A stretch of DNA of 63,857 nt, the filler included, from Candidatus Rokuibacteriota bacterium (GTDB lineage: Bacteria > JAUVQV01 > DATDCY01), in assembly GCA_031406795.1 (NCBI GenBank). It is 5 parts of 5 records of this genome, joined end to end, with 100 filler letters (N's around TTAATTAATTAA, not from the genome) between each part and the next. Parts side by side here need not be neighbours in the genome. Positions count along the whole stretch, not along the records: positions 1 to 27,687 come from JANOHV010000174.1; 4 more parts are not named here. One strand, written 5' to 3'. How positions within the stretch are numbered: the first letter of the stretch is position 1; every line of letters starts with the position of its first letter. A program made the translations under genes and the position numbers. Shown piece by piece: positions 9,112 to 18,675 of the stretch. Under the pieces are notes generated by a model that searched no databases, was not told the DNA's origin, and saw nothing but the letters and a program-made list of their open reading frames with translations.

Positions 9112-9432
9112 ATGCTCAAGATTCGTGTCTTTCTGAATGAACCGCAAGGCAAGCCCTGAAAGCATTTCATGGAGATGCTGCCCAGGCTGGGCGGCAAGTA
9201 CGCGTTGCAAATCGAAGCGACGTCGAAACCGAAAGCGGAGTACCACACCGACTCCTATTACGCCCTGGACCTGCCGGTTGCCCCGGCCGTCATGGTGGAG
9301 CAGGAGATTGTCGTTGAGGGGAGGGACATCGACGAGGATGTATTTGAAGCGGCGGTCCGCCGCCATCTCGGATTGCCTGAGGAGGGAGGAGGCGGAAAGA
9401 AGGGGCTGTTGGACCGGATACTGGGGAAATAG
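9112..9432 (+). CDS. tsoC: NEPxGxxU-motif selenoprotein (106 aa, Sec at codon 16)
   Basis: RBS GAGGAGG, ATG 9112; MLKIRVFLNEPQGKP-U(TGA 9157-9159)-KHFMEMLPRLGGKY..., in frame with ORF 9169-9432; paralogous to 2977-3240. Symbol recalled from NCBIfam naming and unverified. Confidence 0.88.
9176..9196 (+). promoter_or_regulatory. Bacterial SECIS-like hairpin
   Basis: TGCTGCCC-aggct-GGGCGGCA; loop 24 nt after UGA. Confidence 0.65.
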
Positions 9433-9466
9433 CCGCGGCGGGACGGGGAGCGCCGCTTCCGGCAAA

Positions 9467-10303
9467 CTAGACGGGAAGACGGTCGAGCCGGGCGCCCAGG
9501 CCGCGCAGGTGTCCCTTCTCCTCCTCGATCAGCCGATGCAGGGTGGCGCGCAGCGCAGCGAGATCATCGCGGCGGGCCATCTTGAGATAAAGATCGAGAG
9601 AATTCGCCTCGATCTGCATCGCAAGGTCGAAGATGTCGCGGACCGAACGTCCCGGCGTCGCAGCCCAGGCCACCGCCTCCTCGATCCGGACGGCTCCTTC
9701 CATCCAGTCCGCTGCGGTGTCCCCGTGCGCCTCCCGGCCGGCAGCGGGTCCTCCCGGCAGAGACACTTGCGCTCCGAGGAGCAGCGCCCGGTGCCGCTCC
9801 TCGGCCTGCACCAGGCTGTCGAGAAGGGCGCGGGCCTCCGCACCGGGCGCGAGACCGCGCATCCGCTCGTAGAAGACCTGCGAACCCTCCTCGAGGGCGA
9901 GCGCAAAAGCGAGCGCTTGCACCGGAGTCGGTCCCTCCCCGAGCAGGAAGAGCCCGTGGTCGTATTCTCCCTGCGCCAGCGGGCCATTCCAGGCGGCGAT
10001 ACCCCCCTCGAGGCTCCTGACCTCGGGGAAGCCCTGGCCGATGAGTATCGAGGCAGCCGACCGGCTGCGCCTTCCGGCGCCGCAGTAGGTGACGATGCGC
10101 GCCGCGTGGTCGATTTCCCCCGCGCGGTCGGTCAGCTGGCTCAGGGGGATGTGCCGGGCGCCGGGCAGGTGTTCCCGGGCATACTCCGCCGCCTCGCGAA
10201 CGTCGAGAAGCATGACATCGCCGACGCCGGCGCGATCAAGCTCCGGTCGCAGCTCCTCGGCGGAGACGGTGGGGATTCTCTGCAGGAACTCCAGGAAGCT
10301 CAC
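9467..10303 (-). CDS. Rhodanese + rubrerythrin/ferritin-like fusion protein
   Basis: LLDVRE..EY...HLPGA, YCGAGRRS; C-terminal E..FY / EERH / EKGH diiron motifs. Confidence 0.85.
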   Translation of the reverse strand: MSFLEFLQRIPTVSAEELRPELDRAGVGDVMLLDVREAAEYAREHLPGARHIPLSQLTDRAGEIDHAARIVTYCGAGRRSRSAASILIGQGFPEVRSLEGGIAAWNGPLAQGEYDHGLFLLGEGPTPVQALAFALALEEGSQVFYERMRGLAPGAEARALLDSLVQAEERHRALLLGAQVSLPGGPAAGREAHGDTAADWMEGAVRIEEAVAWAATPGRSVRDIFDLAMQIEANSLDLYLKMARRDDLAALRATLHRLIEEEKGHLRGLGARLDRLPV

Positions 10304-10319
10304 CTGCTCTCCTTCGTCG

Positions 10320-11117
10320 TCAGCGCAGCAGTTTTGCCGTGAAGGGCAGCGCCAGGATGTGCGGCAGCATCAGATGACCCGGCTCCCGGTAGTTGGCGAG
10401 CCCGATCGTCATCGCCTCGTGCCCCTTCAGCGGCTGCGGGCGGTAGGTGCGGAAGAGGCGGTCCCAGAGCGAGAGATTGAAGCCGTAGTTGCTGTTCATC
10501 TCTTTGATGATGACGGAATGATGCACCCGGTGCATGTCCGGCGTGACCAGAACGCTCCTCATCGGTCCGTCGAGGGCGAGGGGGAGCGCAAAATTGCTGT
10601 GGTTGAACATCGCCATGGCGTTGAGGATCACCTCGAACGCAACTACCGCCGCCGGGGAGGCGCCGAGGACCGCGATGAAGCACAGTTTGACGACCATGGA
10701 GAGGAGGATTTCCAGCGGGTGAAATCGCGCGCCGGTCGTGACGTCGATGTCCAGATCGGCGTGGTGCATCATGTGCAGCCTCCAGAGGAGGGGGCGGAGG
10801 TGGAAGACCACGTGCTGCACGTAGATGACGAGGTCGAGGGCGATCACGGCGAGCACGGTCTCGAGGAGGGTGGGGAGGGGGACGTTATTGAAGAGCCCCC
10901 ACCCCCGCGCCTCGACCGCGGCGGCGAAGGCAACTGCGGTGACCGGAAAGGCGAGGCGGACAAGTGCCGCGCCCAGGAAGGTGACGGAGATATTGCTCAG
11001 CCACCGCGCCGCCTTCGGAGTGCGAAGCCGCCGCCTCGGCGCCATCGCTTCGAGCAGCGCCATCAGGGCGAAGACCCCGGCGTACGCACCAAGGCGAATG
11101 ACAATTTCCCTCTCCAT
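10320..11117 (-). CDS. Sterol desaturase / fatty acid hydroxylase family protein
   Basis: His boxes QHVVFH, LHMMHH, FNH, MHRVHH; NYGFNLSLWDRLF. Confidence 0.9.
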   Translation of the reverse strand: MEREIVIRLGAYAGVFALMALLEAMAPRRRLRTPKAARWLSNISVTFLGAALVRLAFPVTAVAFAAAVEARGWGLFNNVPLPTLLETVLAVIALDLVIYVQHVVFHLRPLLWRLHMMHHADLDIDVTTGARFHPLEILLSMVVKLCFIAVLGASPAAVVAFEVILNAMAMFNHSNFALPLALDGPMRSVLVTPDMHRVHHSVIIKEMNSNYGFNLSLWDRLFRTYRPQPLKGHEAMTIGLANYREPGHLMLPHILALPFTAKLLR

Positions 11118-11267
11118 GACTTTATTCTATACTCAATGCCGCCAAGGGTTTCAATCGAGACTTGCTCGTCCTGCGAGATTCCGATGCTACTCGCGGCGAA
11201 GGATCGGGACTATAATGAGCCGGCGAACGAGGGTTTTCCGAAGCGATAGGCTCTGAAGGAGTCAACG

Positions 11268-11972
11268 ATGAGTCTGATTGTCGCGGATAACGTCAGCAAG
11301 GACTACCGGACAGGCGGCGTCAGCGTCGCGGCGTTGAAAGGCCTGAGCTTCGCCATCGAGACCGCAGCTTTCGTTTCTTTCGTGGGACCCTCGGGAAGCG
11401 GCAAGACAACCCTGCTGAATCTGATCGGCTGCCTCGACCGGCCCACGGCGGGCAGATTGACCGTTGCCGGCACGGACGTGGCCGCCCTGAGCCGCACGCA
11501 GAGCGCGGCCTTCCGAGGCAGCACCATCGGTTTCATCTTTCAGGATTTCAACCTCATCCCCGTCCTGACGGTCTTCGAGAACGTCGAGTACCCACTGCTG
11601 ATGGTGCAGAACGTAGCCGCCGCGGAGCGGAAAAAGCGCGTGAGCGCCCTCCTGGAGGGTGTCGGCATGCTGGAGCAGCAGGGCAAATTCCCCGACCAGA
11701 TATCCGGCGGTCAGAAGCAGCGGGTGGCCGTGGCGCGGGCGCTGGTGACGAACCCGCAGCTCGTGCTCGCCGACGAGCCGACCGCCAACCTGGACCACGC
11801 GACGGCCTACCTGGTCCTGTCGCTCATGAAGCGGATGCGGGATGAGTTGAAGACGACGTTCGTCTTCTCGACCCACGATCAGAAGATTGTGGGCGAAGCG
11901 GAAATCATTTACACGCTCGAGGACGGGGAACTCAAAGGGAAAGACGTGCGGGGAGGCGGGCCTCATGGGTAA
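11268..11972 (+). CDS. ABC transporter ATP-binding protein (LolD/MacB-like)
   Basis: GPSGSGKT, ISGGQKQR, LADEPTANLD. Confidence 0.95.
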   Translation: MSLIVADNVSKDYRTGGVSVAALKGLSFAIETAAFVSFVGPSGSGKTTLLNLIGCLDRPTAGRLTVAGTDVAALSRTQSAAFRGSTIGFIFQDFNLIPVLTVFENVEYPLLMVQNVAAAERKKRVSALLEGVGMLEQQGKFPDQISGGQKQRVAVARALVTNPQLVLADEPTANLDHATAYLVLSLMKRMRDELKTTFVFSTHDQKIVGEAEIIYTLEDGELKGKDVRGGGPHG

Positions 11973-13203
11973 CCTGTTCAAGATCGCCCTGCGGAATCTC
12001 CTGCGCTACAAGAGAAGAACGCTGCTCACCGCGTCGCTCATCAGCGTTGGCGTGGTCTTCGTCCTCGTGTTCATGGCGGTGTCGGGTTCCTTCAAGAACA
12101 TGATGATCGGCCAGATCACCGACTCGATGCTCGGGCACGTGCAGGTACACCGCCAGGGCTATGTGGCATCAATCGACAACCTGCCGCTGAATCTGAATCT
12201 CAAGGCGGGCGCCCTCCAGCGGGTCACGACGGTCCTGCAGGCGCAATCCGGAATCGCGGCCTGGTCCCCCCGCATCAAGTTCGGCGGCATGTTCAGCAAC
12301 TTCACCGAGACCACGAGCATCAGGCTCAATGCCGTGGTCCCCGAAAAGGAGTTCGCCGTCGTGCCGCTGCTCCCGTCGAGGATGCACGACGGCGTCAAGG
12401 ACCTCAAACGGGGCGAGATCCTCATCCCCGACCTTTTGGCCAAGGGCATGAAGGTGAACGTCGGGGACATGGTGGTCGTCGTTGCCACGAACCGGGACGG
12501 CTCCGTGAACGGCAAACAGTTCAAGGTCGGCGGCCTGCTCGAGAGCGTGACGGGCCCGGGCGGCCGCGATGGGTATATCCACTTCGACGACGGCGTGGAG
12601 ATCCTCAGGATGGATGAGCCGGAGGTGAGCGAAATTGCCATCCGGCTCAAGAGCTTCGACGGGCTCCACGACTTCAGGGAGACACTGGGTGCGCAGCTCG
12701 TCCAGGAGATGAACCAGGAGGGCGAGCCGATCTTCGAGATTCACACCTGGGAGCAACTCACGCCCTTCTTCACCATTGCCCGGATGATCGACGTGCTGAC
12801 GTTTTTCATCCGGCTGATGCTGGTCGCCATCGTGCTGATCAGCATCACGAACGTCATGATCATGGCCGTCTACGAGCGGATACGGGAGATCGGCACCATC
12901 GCCGCGATCGGGACGCCACCGGGAAGGATTCTGAACATGTTCGTGATCGAGGGTTTTTGTCTCGGCATCGTCGGGGCGGTCATCGGCAATGTTGCCGGGA
13001 TCGTGGCGGTTTCGGTCATCACCATGTCCAGAATCACCTTCAATTTCGGCATGCAGCAGGGCCTGATCCTGCAGGCGCACGTCAACCTTCGCGACCTCGC
13101 CGTCATATCGGCAACGGTCATTGTTGTTTCGGTGATCGCCAGTCTCCAGCCGGCATTCAAGGCGTCGCGCATGGAGCCGATCGAGGCGCTGAGACATGTC
13201 TAG
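11965..13203 (+). CDS. ABC transporter permease (FtsX/LolC-E/MacB type)
   Basis: IALRNLLRYKRRT, ERIREIGT.AAIG, PAFKASRMEPIEALR; start chosen after GGGAGG RBS. Confidence 0.92.
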   Translation: MGNLFKIALRNLLRYKRRTLLTASLISVGVVFVLVFMAVSGSFKNMMIGQITDSMLGHVQVHRQGYVASIDNLPLNLNLKAGALQRVTTVLQAQSGIAAWSPRIKFGGMFSNFTETTSIRLNAVVPEKEFAVVPLLPSRMHDGVKDLKRGEILIPDLLAKGMKVNVGDMVVVVATNRDGSVNGKQFKVGGLLESVTGPGGRDGYIHFDDGVEILRMDEPEVSEIAIRLKSFDGLHDFRETLGAQLVQEMNQEGEPIFEIHTWEQLTPFFTIARMIDVLTFFIRLMLVAIVLISITNVMIMAVYERIREIGTIAAIGTPPGRILNMFVIEGFCLGIVGAVIGNVAGIVAVSVITMSRITFNFGMQQGLILQAHVNLRDLAVISATVIVVSVIASLQPAFKASRMEPIEALRHV

Positions 13204-13236
13204 CACTTCCGGCCGGCCCGGGTGAGGAGATTCGCC

Positions 13237-13965
13237 ATGCGTACTCTTGTCTTGGTCCTGATGCTGCTTGGATGTGCGCTTCCCGCCTCGGCCATCGACG
13301 GAACGGAGCTTCTCCGACAGATCGACCGCAATCTGAACCCGGAGTCGTACGAAACGTACCGGAAACTCATCAACATCGAGCCCGATGGCCGCAAGAAGGA
13401 ATTCACCCTCTTCACGATCAAGAAGGGGCGGGACAAGGTCGCATCGCTCTTCATCGCGCCGGCGAGCGAGCAGGGCCGGAGCACCCTGCGTCTCGGGGAC
13501 AACATGTGGTTCTACATACCCAACGTCGGCAAGCCGATCCGCATCACGAGCCTCCAGAGCGTGGTCGGCGGGGTCTTCAACAACGCCGACATCCTGCAGC
13601 TCGATTACGGAACGGAGTACACCGTCGAGAAGCTCGAGGAGCAGGGAACCGAGTACCTTCTTCACCTCAAGGCGAGGACGAAGACCGTTGCCTACGACCG
13701 GATCAGGATCTGGGCCGAGAAGGACAGAAAACTCCCGACGAAGATCGAATGCCTGACCGAAGCCGGTCTGCTGATCAAGACCCTGTATTTCAAGGACGTG
13801 AAGGATTTCGGTGCCGGAGTGGTCCGACCCGCAGTCATCGAGACCGACAGCCCGCTCTACAAGGGCTACAAGTCCGTCATCCTCGTGGCGAAAACCAAGG
13901 CGCGGGACTACAAGGACGAGGTCTTCACGCTGACCTTCATGCCGAATCTCGAGTCGTTGCGATAG
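13237..13965 (+). CDS. Outer membrane lipoprotein-sorting (LolA-like) protein
   Basis: Signal peptide; F.APA.E.G..L...NMWFYIP.V.K.IRI pattern; context. Confidence 0.75.
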   Translation: MRTLVLVLMLLGCALPASAIDGTELLRQIDRNLNPESYETYRKLINIEPDGRKKEFTLFTIKKGRDKVASLFIAPASEQGRSTLRLGDNMWFYIPNVGKPIRITSLQSVVGGVFNNADILQLDYGTEYTVEKLEEQGTEYLLHLKARTKTVAYDRIRIWAEKDRKLPTKIECLTEAGLLIKTLYFKDVKDFGAGVVRPAVIETDSPLYKGYKSVILVAKTKARDYKDEVFTLTFMPNLESLR

Positions 13966-14007
13966 AAAGCGGCGCTGGCGGATGCCGACAACAGCCTCGA
14001 GCCGGCC

Positions 14008-15321
14008 ATGAATCGCCTTCGCTGGCCATCTTTGGCGATTGGCGGCCTGGCACTGTTCCTGGTCTTGTCCTCAAGTTTCCTCCATGCTGAGGAATACACC
14101 TTCGACGTGTCGGAGACCGAGAAGAAGCCTTACCACCTCGGCGGCTACGCGGAGTTCAGGCCCCTGCTCTCCGGGCTCGACCGGGACGCGGCCCTGCACA
14201 AGCTCCGATTCTACGACCGAAACGAGGGGCGGACCCTCCCGGAGTACAACGCAGCCCTTCAGCTCGAAGGCGGTTATGAAAAAGGCATCGCTGAACTCTT
14301 CGTGCGGGGACACGCCGCCTACCAGGACTCGTATCTTGGGTCGAAGTTCACTATTACAGCCTACGAAGCATTTCTTGCGGTCAGGCCCGCACCGTTCCTC
14401 ACGATAGGCGCGGGCAAACAGACGCTCAAGTGGGGCACGGGCTCTGCATGGAATCCCGTAGCTTTCGTGGATCGGCCGAAGAACCCTGACGAGCCCGAGT
14501 TGAACCTCGAAGGTTTTGTCGTGGTGTCTGCTGACTACATCAAGAGCTTTCAGGGTCCCCTCAAGACGATTTCCGTAACCCCCGTGCTGATCCCTGTATT
14601 TGCCCACATAAACGACGATTTCGGGGAATCCGACCATCTGAATGCGGCCGGGAAGGTTTATTTCCTGCTGTACGATACGGACATCGACTTCCTGTTCCTC
14701 TCGGGGGGGAGCAGAACATCACGCTACGGGCTGGATTTCTCCCGGAACATCACGACGAACCTCGAAGTCCACGGAGAGTACGCCCTCATCACCGATTTCA
14801 GGCAGAGTCTGATCGCGAGCGATGGGAGCACCCGTGAGACTGCCGCCGACGTCTCGAACTGGCTGCTCGGATTACGGTATCTCACCGAAAAGGAGACGAC
14901 CTACATACTCGAATACTACCGGAATGGGACCGGCTTCACGGAGCAGCAGATGCGGGATTACTTCACCTTTGTGCACAATGCGCACGATGCCTATCTTTCG
15001 TCGGGAAGCGACGTGCTCCTCAACAAGGCGGCGACGGTCACCGAGAAGAGCTACGGGCGGCCGAACGCCGGGCAAAACTATCTGTATCTGCGCGTCAGCC
15101 AGAAGGACCCCTTCGACTTTCTCTACTGGACGCCGGCGGTGACGGCAATCGTCAACGCCGACGACAAGAGCTGCTCGATCGCGCCGGAGATCTCGTACCG
15201 GGGGATTACCAACCTCGAGCTGCGCCTGAGGGGAACCGTTCTGGCCGGAGGCCGCTTGAGCGAATTCGGCGAAAAGCAGCACAACTTCCGACTGGAATTT
15301 CTGGCGCGCTTTTCTTTCTGA
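14008..15321 (+). CDS. Putative outer membrane beta-barrel protein
   Basis: Signal peptide, GKQ..KWG.G..WNP.., terminal aromatic FLARFSF. Confidence 0.7.
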   Translation: MNRLRWPSLAIGGLALFLVLSSSFLHAEEYTFDVSETEKKPYHLGGYAEFRPLLSGLDRDAALHKLRFYDRNEGRTLPEYNAALQLEGGYEKGIAELFVRGHAAYQDSYLGSKFTITAYEAFLAVRPAPFLTIGAGKQTLKWGTGSAWNPVAFVDRPKNPDEPELNLEGFVVVSADYIKSFQGPLKTISVTPVLIPVFAHINDDFGESDHLNAAGKVYFLLYDTDIDFLFLSGGSRTSRYGLDFSRNITTNLEVHGEYALITDFRQSLIASDGSTRETAADVSNWLLGLRYLTEKETTYILEYYRNGTGFTEQQMRDYFTFVHNAHDAYLSSGSDVLLNKAATVTEKSYGRPNAGQNYLYLRVSQKDPFDFLYWTPAVTAIVNADDKSCSIAPEISYRGITNLELRLRGTVLAGGRLSEFGEKQHNFRLEFLARFSF

Positions 15322-15425
15322 CCGGCCGCGGTAACAGCCCACCTGCAAGTTCTCAGCGGCAGGACCCCGACGCTCGGCAGGGACGAGAGTCCTGCCAGGA
15401 CGACGGGGTCCCGGGGCAAGTGATC

Positions 15426-15863
15426 CTAAACTCTCTGCTTCACCACATACACGGAACAAGGTGCGTGGCGCACCACTTTCGAGGCCACGCTGCCCATGCG
15501 GAACCGCGAACTGGGGCTGAGCCCCCGGGTTCCCATCACGATCAAATCGACCGCTTCTTTCTCGGCGTACTCCACGATCGCATCCGGGATCGAAGCCGCC
15601 GAGGTTTCGCTCTTGCACGTCACCGGCACGCCGGCAGCGGCGGCAATGGCGGCCCCTCTCTCGATGACCTTCGCCGCGCGAGCTTCGAATTCGCCGCGGA
15701 TGGCCTCCCGGCTCCCGGCCGAGAACTCCAGTTCGTACTCCTCGATGGCGGGGGCCACCGAGATCAGGCAGAGTTCCGCACCCTTGATCTTCACCAGGTC
15801 GATGGCAACCGCGAGCGCCGCTTCGGCGTACTTCGATCCGTCGGTCGGTACGAGTATCTTCAT
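15426..15863 (-). CDS. Universal stress protein
   Basis: KILVPTDGS, DLIVMGTRG, MGSVASKVVRHAPCSV. Confidence 0.95.
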   Translation of the reverse strand: MKILVPTDGSKYAEAALAVAIDLVKIKGAELCLISVAPAIEEYELEFSAGSREAIRGEFEARAAKVIERGAAIAAAAGVPVTCKSETSAASIPDAIVEYAEKEAVDLIVMGTRGLSPSSRFRMGSVASKVVRHAPCSVYVVKQRV

Positions 15864-15870
15864 GGCTTTC

Positions 15871-16599
15871 CTAGGCCTCCTTCTTCACTTTGGCCTTCGT
15901 CATCGTCAGGCCGACACCGTCGAACATGTAGAAGATCGCAAAGCCCCACCACATGGTGTAGATGACGTAGAAGACGAGCAGGGCCGTCATCAGCAGCGCC
16001 TTGTCGGCGACATTCTGCGCCTCGACGCCGTAGTAATTGTACGCCGTCTCGACCGCCTTCTTGTTGACGTCGGAGACCATTTTGGCCTCCTCGATCTTGC
16101 CGTTCTTTTTCAGGTACTTGTCGACAGAGGAGAGGGACGTCCACCAGGCCCGCAGCGCATCCTTCTCCTTCACGCCGTAGCGCTCTGCGACTGCCTTGCC
16201 GTCGTTGCGGTACATCTCGTCGGCGTCGCGCAGCACCGCGGCAAGCACCGCGCCGAGGTCGCCGGAGACCGCGAGCTTTCCGCCGTCGGCCGTCGCCGTC
16301 GCGCCGGCGGCCGTGAAGAGCTTTGCGGCCAACTCGGCCACCTCGGGCTTCTCGAGTTTGACCTCCGCGGCAAAGGGCTTCCCGGCGTAGCTCTGCACGC
16401 CCTTTTGCAGCTTGGGGATGAAGTAGGACGAACCCTTGGAGAGTTTGTTGAACAGGTCGTCGGCGTAGGTCAGGCCGTTCATGGCCTTGCCGTCCTTGTC
16501 CGCGCCGAAGACGGGCGAGAAGATCAACGCCAGCACGGCGAAGAACGAGATCGCCAGCATGACACCGACGGCAAAGGTCTTGCTGTTTGGCTTTGCCAT
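15871..16599 (-). CDS. Conserved hypothetical membrane protein (TauE-associated)
   Basis: N- and C-terminal TM helices around a soluble domain; operonic with TauE and USP. Confidence 0.75.
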   Translation of the reverse strand: MAKPNSKTFAVGVMLAISFFAVLALIFSPVFGADKDGKAMNGLTYADDLFNKLSKGSSYFIPKLQKGVQSYAGKPFAAEVKLEKPEVAELAAKLFTAAGATATADGGKLAVSGDLGAVLAAVLRDADEMYRNDGKAVAERYGVKEKDALRAWWTSLSSVDKYLKKNGKIEEAKMVSDVNKKAVETAYNYYGVEAQNVADKALLMTALLVFYVIYTMWWGFAIFYMFDGVGLTMTKAKVKKEA

Positions 16600-16603
16600 G
16601 ACT

Positions 16604-17878
16604 TTACCCCTCCTCTCGCAACGTCTTGATGTTGGTCACGAACTTGCTGATGATCCAGAATCCGAAGAAGCCGACCACGATCCAGAAGATCACATTGCCG
16701 ACGGTTTCGATGCCGTTGTTCAACGCCTTCGGGAAATTCACCACTTCCAGTTCGGTGAACTTCTTCGGCAGCGTCGAGACGCGGTTGATGAACCCGGCGA
16801 GGATCGAGATCGCGTAGAAACCGCGGATGTGGATCCCCTTGACGACCTTCGTGGTCAGCGCGCCGACCTGGATGCCGATCAGGGAGCCGAGGAGCATCCC
16901 CATCGCGAGCGTGTAGAAGACGTAGCCGTAGATCGCGTACTGGGCAATCGAGGCCAGCCCGGCGGTGAAGATGATCTGCAGGATGTCGGTGCCGACCGTC
17001 GTCGCCGTCGAGACGCCGAAGACGTACACGAACATCGGGAAGGTCACGAAGCCGCCGCCAACGCCCATGATCGCCGCGAGCGCGCCGACTATGGAGCCGC
17101 CGATCGCGACCCAGAGCCAGGAGATCTGCCGGCCGCCGAAGTCCTCGTCGAAGGTGATCATCGGCGGGATGTTGATTTTCTGCAGCTTCACGGCCAGCGG
17201 GGTCATGCCCGAGGGGCCGCCGTGCGCGCCGTGTCCGCCGCCGGTCTCCTTGGCATTGCGCGACTTCCAGTAGTCCGCGAAAGCGTAGAAACCGAGGAAG
17301 CCGAGCAGAACGGCATAGACCGAGCTGATGAAGGCCTCGGAGAGCAGCGGGTCCTTGTTGTAGAGCGTCTTGTTGATCCAGCCGCCGACGAACGTGCCGC
17401 CGCCGGAGCCGATCAGGAACGCGATCGCGAGCTTGACCGAGACGTTGCCGAGCTTCTTGTGAACCGTCGTGCCCATGATCGCCTTCGCGAAGATGTGGAA
17501 CACGTCGGTGCCGACCGCGAGAATGCCCTTGACGCCGGCCGCCATCAGCGCCGGTGTGATGATGAAGCCGCCGCCGGCGCCGATGCAGCCGGTGATCAAC
17601 CCGGCCGCGAGTCCAACCAGGATCGAGACCATGAAGATCGTCGTCGTGTAGTGCGCCGGCGCATACGCGGTCTTGCTGCCGATCAGGTCGGCCGCGCTCA
17701 ACGCCGAGATCGCCAGGATCGGCGTCACCAGCGCCAGCAACAACAGCATCTTCTTGCGGTTCTTGATGATGCTCATCGAGACTTCGAAGTCCCACTTGGC
17801 GTGGGCCACCGACGCCGCCATGAGGAACTCGTAGAGTTTCCTCGGTCCGCTCATCTTCTTTTTCTCCCCCATTTTCAA
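16604..17878 (-). CDS. Sulfite exporter TauE/SafE family protein (long form)
   Basis: TGCIGAGGGF and AIMGVGGGF, AVGTD/TVGTD; start may be 17872 or 17854. Confidence 0.9.
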   Translation of the reverse strand: MKMGEKKKMSGPRKLYEFLMAASVAHAKWDFEVSMSIIKNRKKMLLLLALVTPILAISALSAADLIGSKTAYAPAHYTTTIFMVSILVGLAAGLITGCIGAGGGFIITPALMAAGVKGILAVGTDVFHIFAKAIMGTTVHKKLGNVSVKLAIAFLIGSGGGTFVGGWINKTLYNKDPLLSEAFISSVYAVLLGFLGFYAFADYWKSRNAKETGGGHGAHGGPSGMTPLAVKLQKINIPPMITFDEDFGGRQISWLWVAIGGSIVGALAAIMGVGGGFVTFPMFVYVFGVSTATTVGTDILQIIFTAGLASIAQYAIYGYVFYTLAMGMLLGSLIGIQVGALTTKVVKGIHIRGFYAISILAGFINRVSTLPKKFTELEVVNFPKALNNGIETVGNVIFWIVVGFFGFWIISKFVTNIKTLREEG

Positions 17879-17901
17879 GGTTTTCTGCCCGTACTGATCG
17901 A

Positions 17902-18663
17902 TTATCTGATTCGCTCGAATTCGGTCTGGAGCTTGAACCGCTCCCCGATTTCGACGATACGGCTATAGGCGAGCGGCTGGTCCTCCGCGCCGATCAACAG
18001 CCGGTGCACCGCCAGGGCCGGCTTGCCGGGCTCCACGCCGAGCGTGGCGGCCTCCCGGTCGTTCAGCGTGGTGATCTCGACGGTCTGCCGCATCCTGAAG
18101 ACCTTGCGCGTCCCGCGCTCCTGGATCGCCGCGAAAAGCGCGAAGCCGCCGAGATCATCCCCCTCGATGCCGGGGAGCAGCCCGACGGGTATGAACGACT
18201 CGTCCGAGGAAACCGGCACGCCCTCCGCCAGACGGCGCGTGGCGATCCGGTAGATCGGCCCCTCGCTGACCAGCAATCGGCGCACCTCGGCCGGCGGTTC
18301 GACCTCGCCTCGTTCCAGAACTTCCCGTGCCTCCTGCACCCCCCTTCCGAAAAGCCCGTCGGTGAACCCCGTTTTCATCGTCAACCCGACAACCGGCCGA
18401 TTGCCGGCGACGAACGTCCCCTTCCCCTGGAGCTTCATCAGATAGCCATCGGCGGCCAGATTGGAGAGCGCCTGCCGGATCGTGATCTTGCTGACGCCGT
18501 AGCGGACGCCCAACTCGTCTTCGCTGGGGATGCGGTGACCGATCGCCCAGGTGCCTCTGCCGATCTCGTCGACGACGATGCGCATGATCTGGATGTACAG
18601 CTTCTCCTGATTCTTGCGGTCGACTATCCCGGGAGTCCCCGCACCGACGTTTTGTATCGTCAT
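17902..18663 (-). CDS. GntR (HutC/UTRA) family transcriptional regulator
   Basis: IPSEDEL...YGVSKITIRQAL..L...QGKGTFV; UTRA-like C-terminus. Confidence 0.92.
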   Translation of the reverse strand: MTIQNVGAGTPGIVDRKNQEKLYIQIMRIVVDEIGRGTWAIGHRIPSEDELGVRYGVSKITIRQALSNLAADGYLMKLQGKGTFVAGNRPVVGLTMKTGFTDGLFGRGVQEAREVLERGEVEPPAEVRRLLVSEGPIYRIATRRLAEGVPVSSDESFIPVGLLPGIEGDDLGGFALFAAIQERGTRKVFRMRQTVEITTLNDREAATLGVEPGKPALAVHRLLIGAEDQPLAYSRIVEIGERFKLQTEFERIR

Positions 18664-18675
18664 GACGTTATATCA

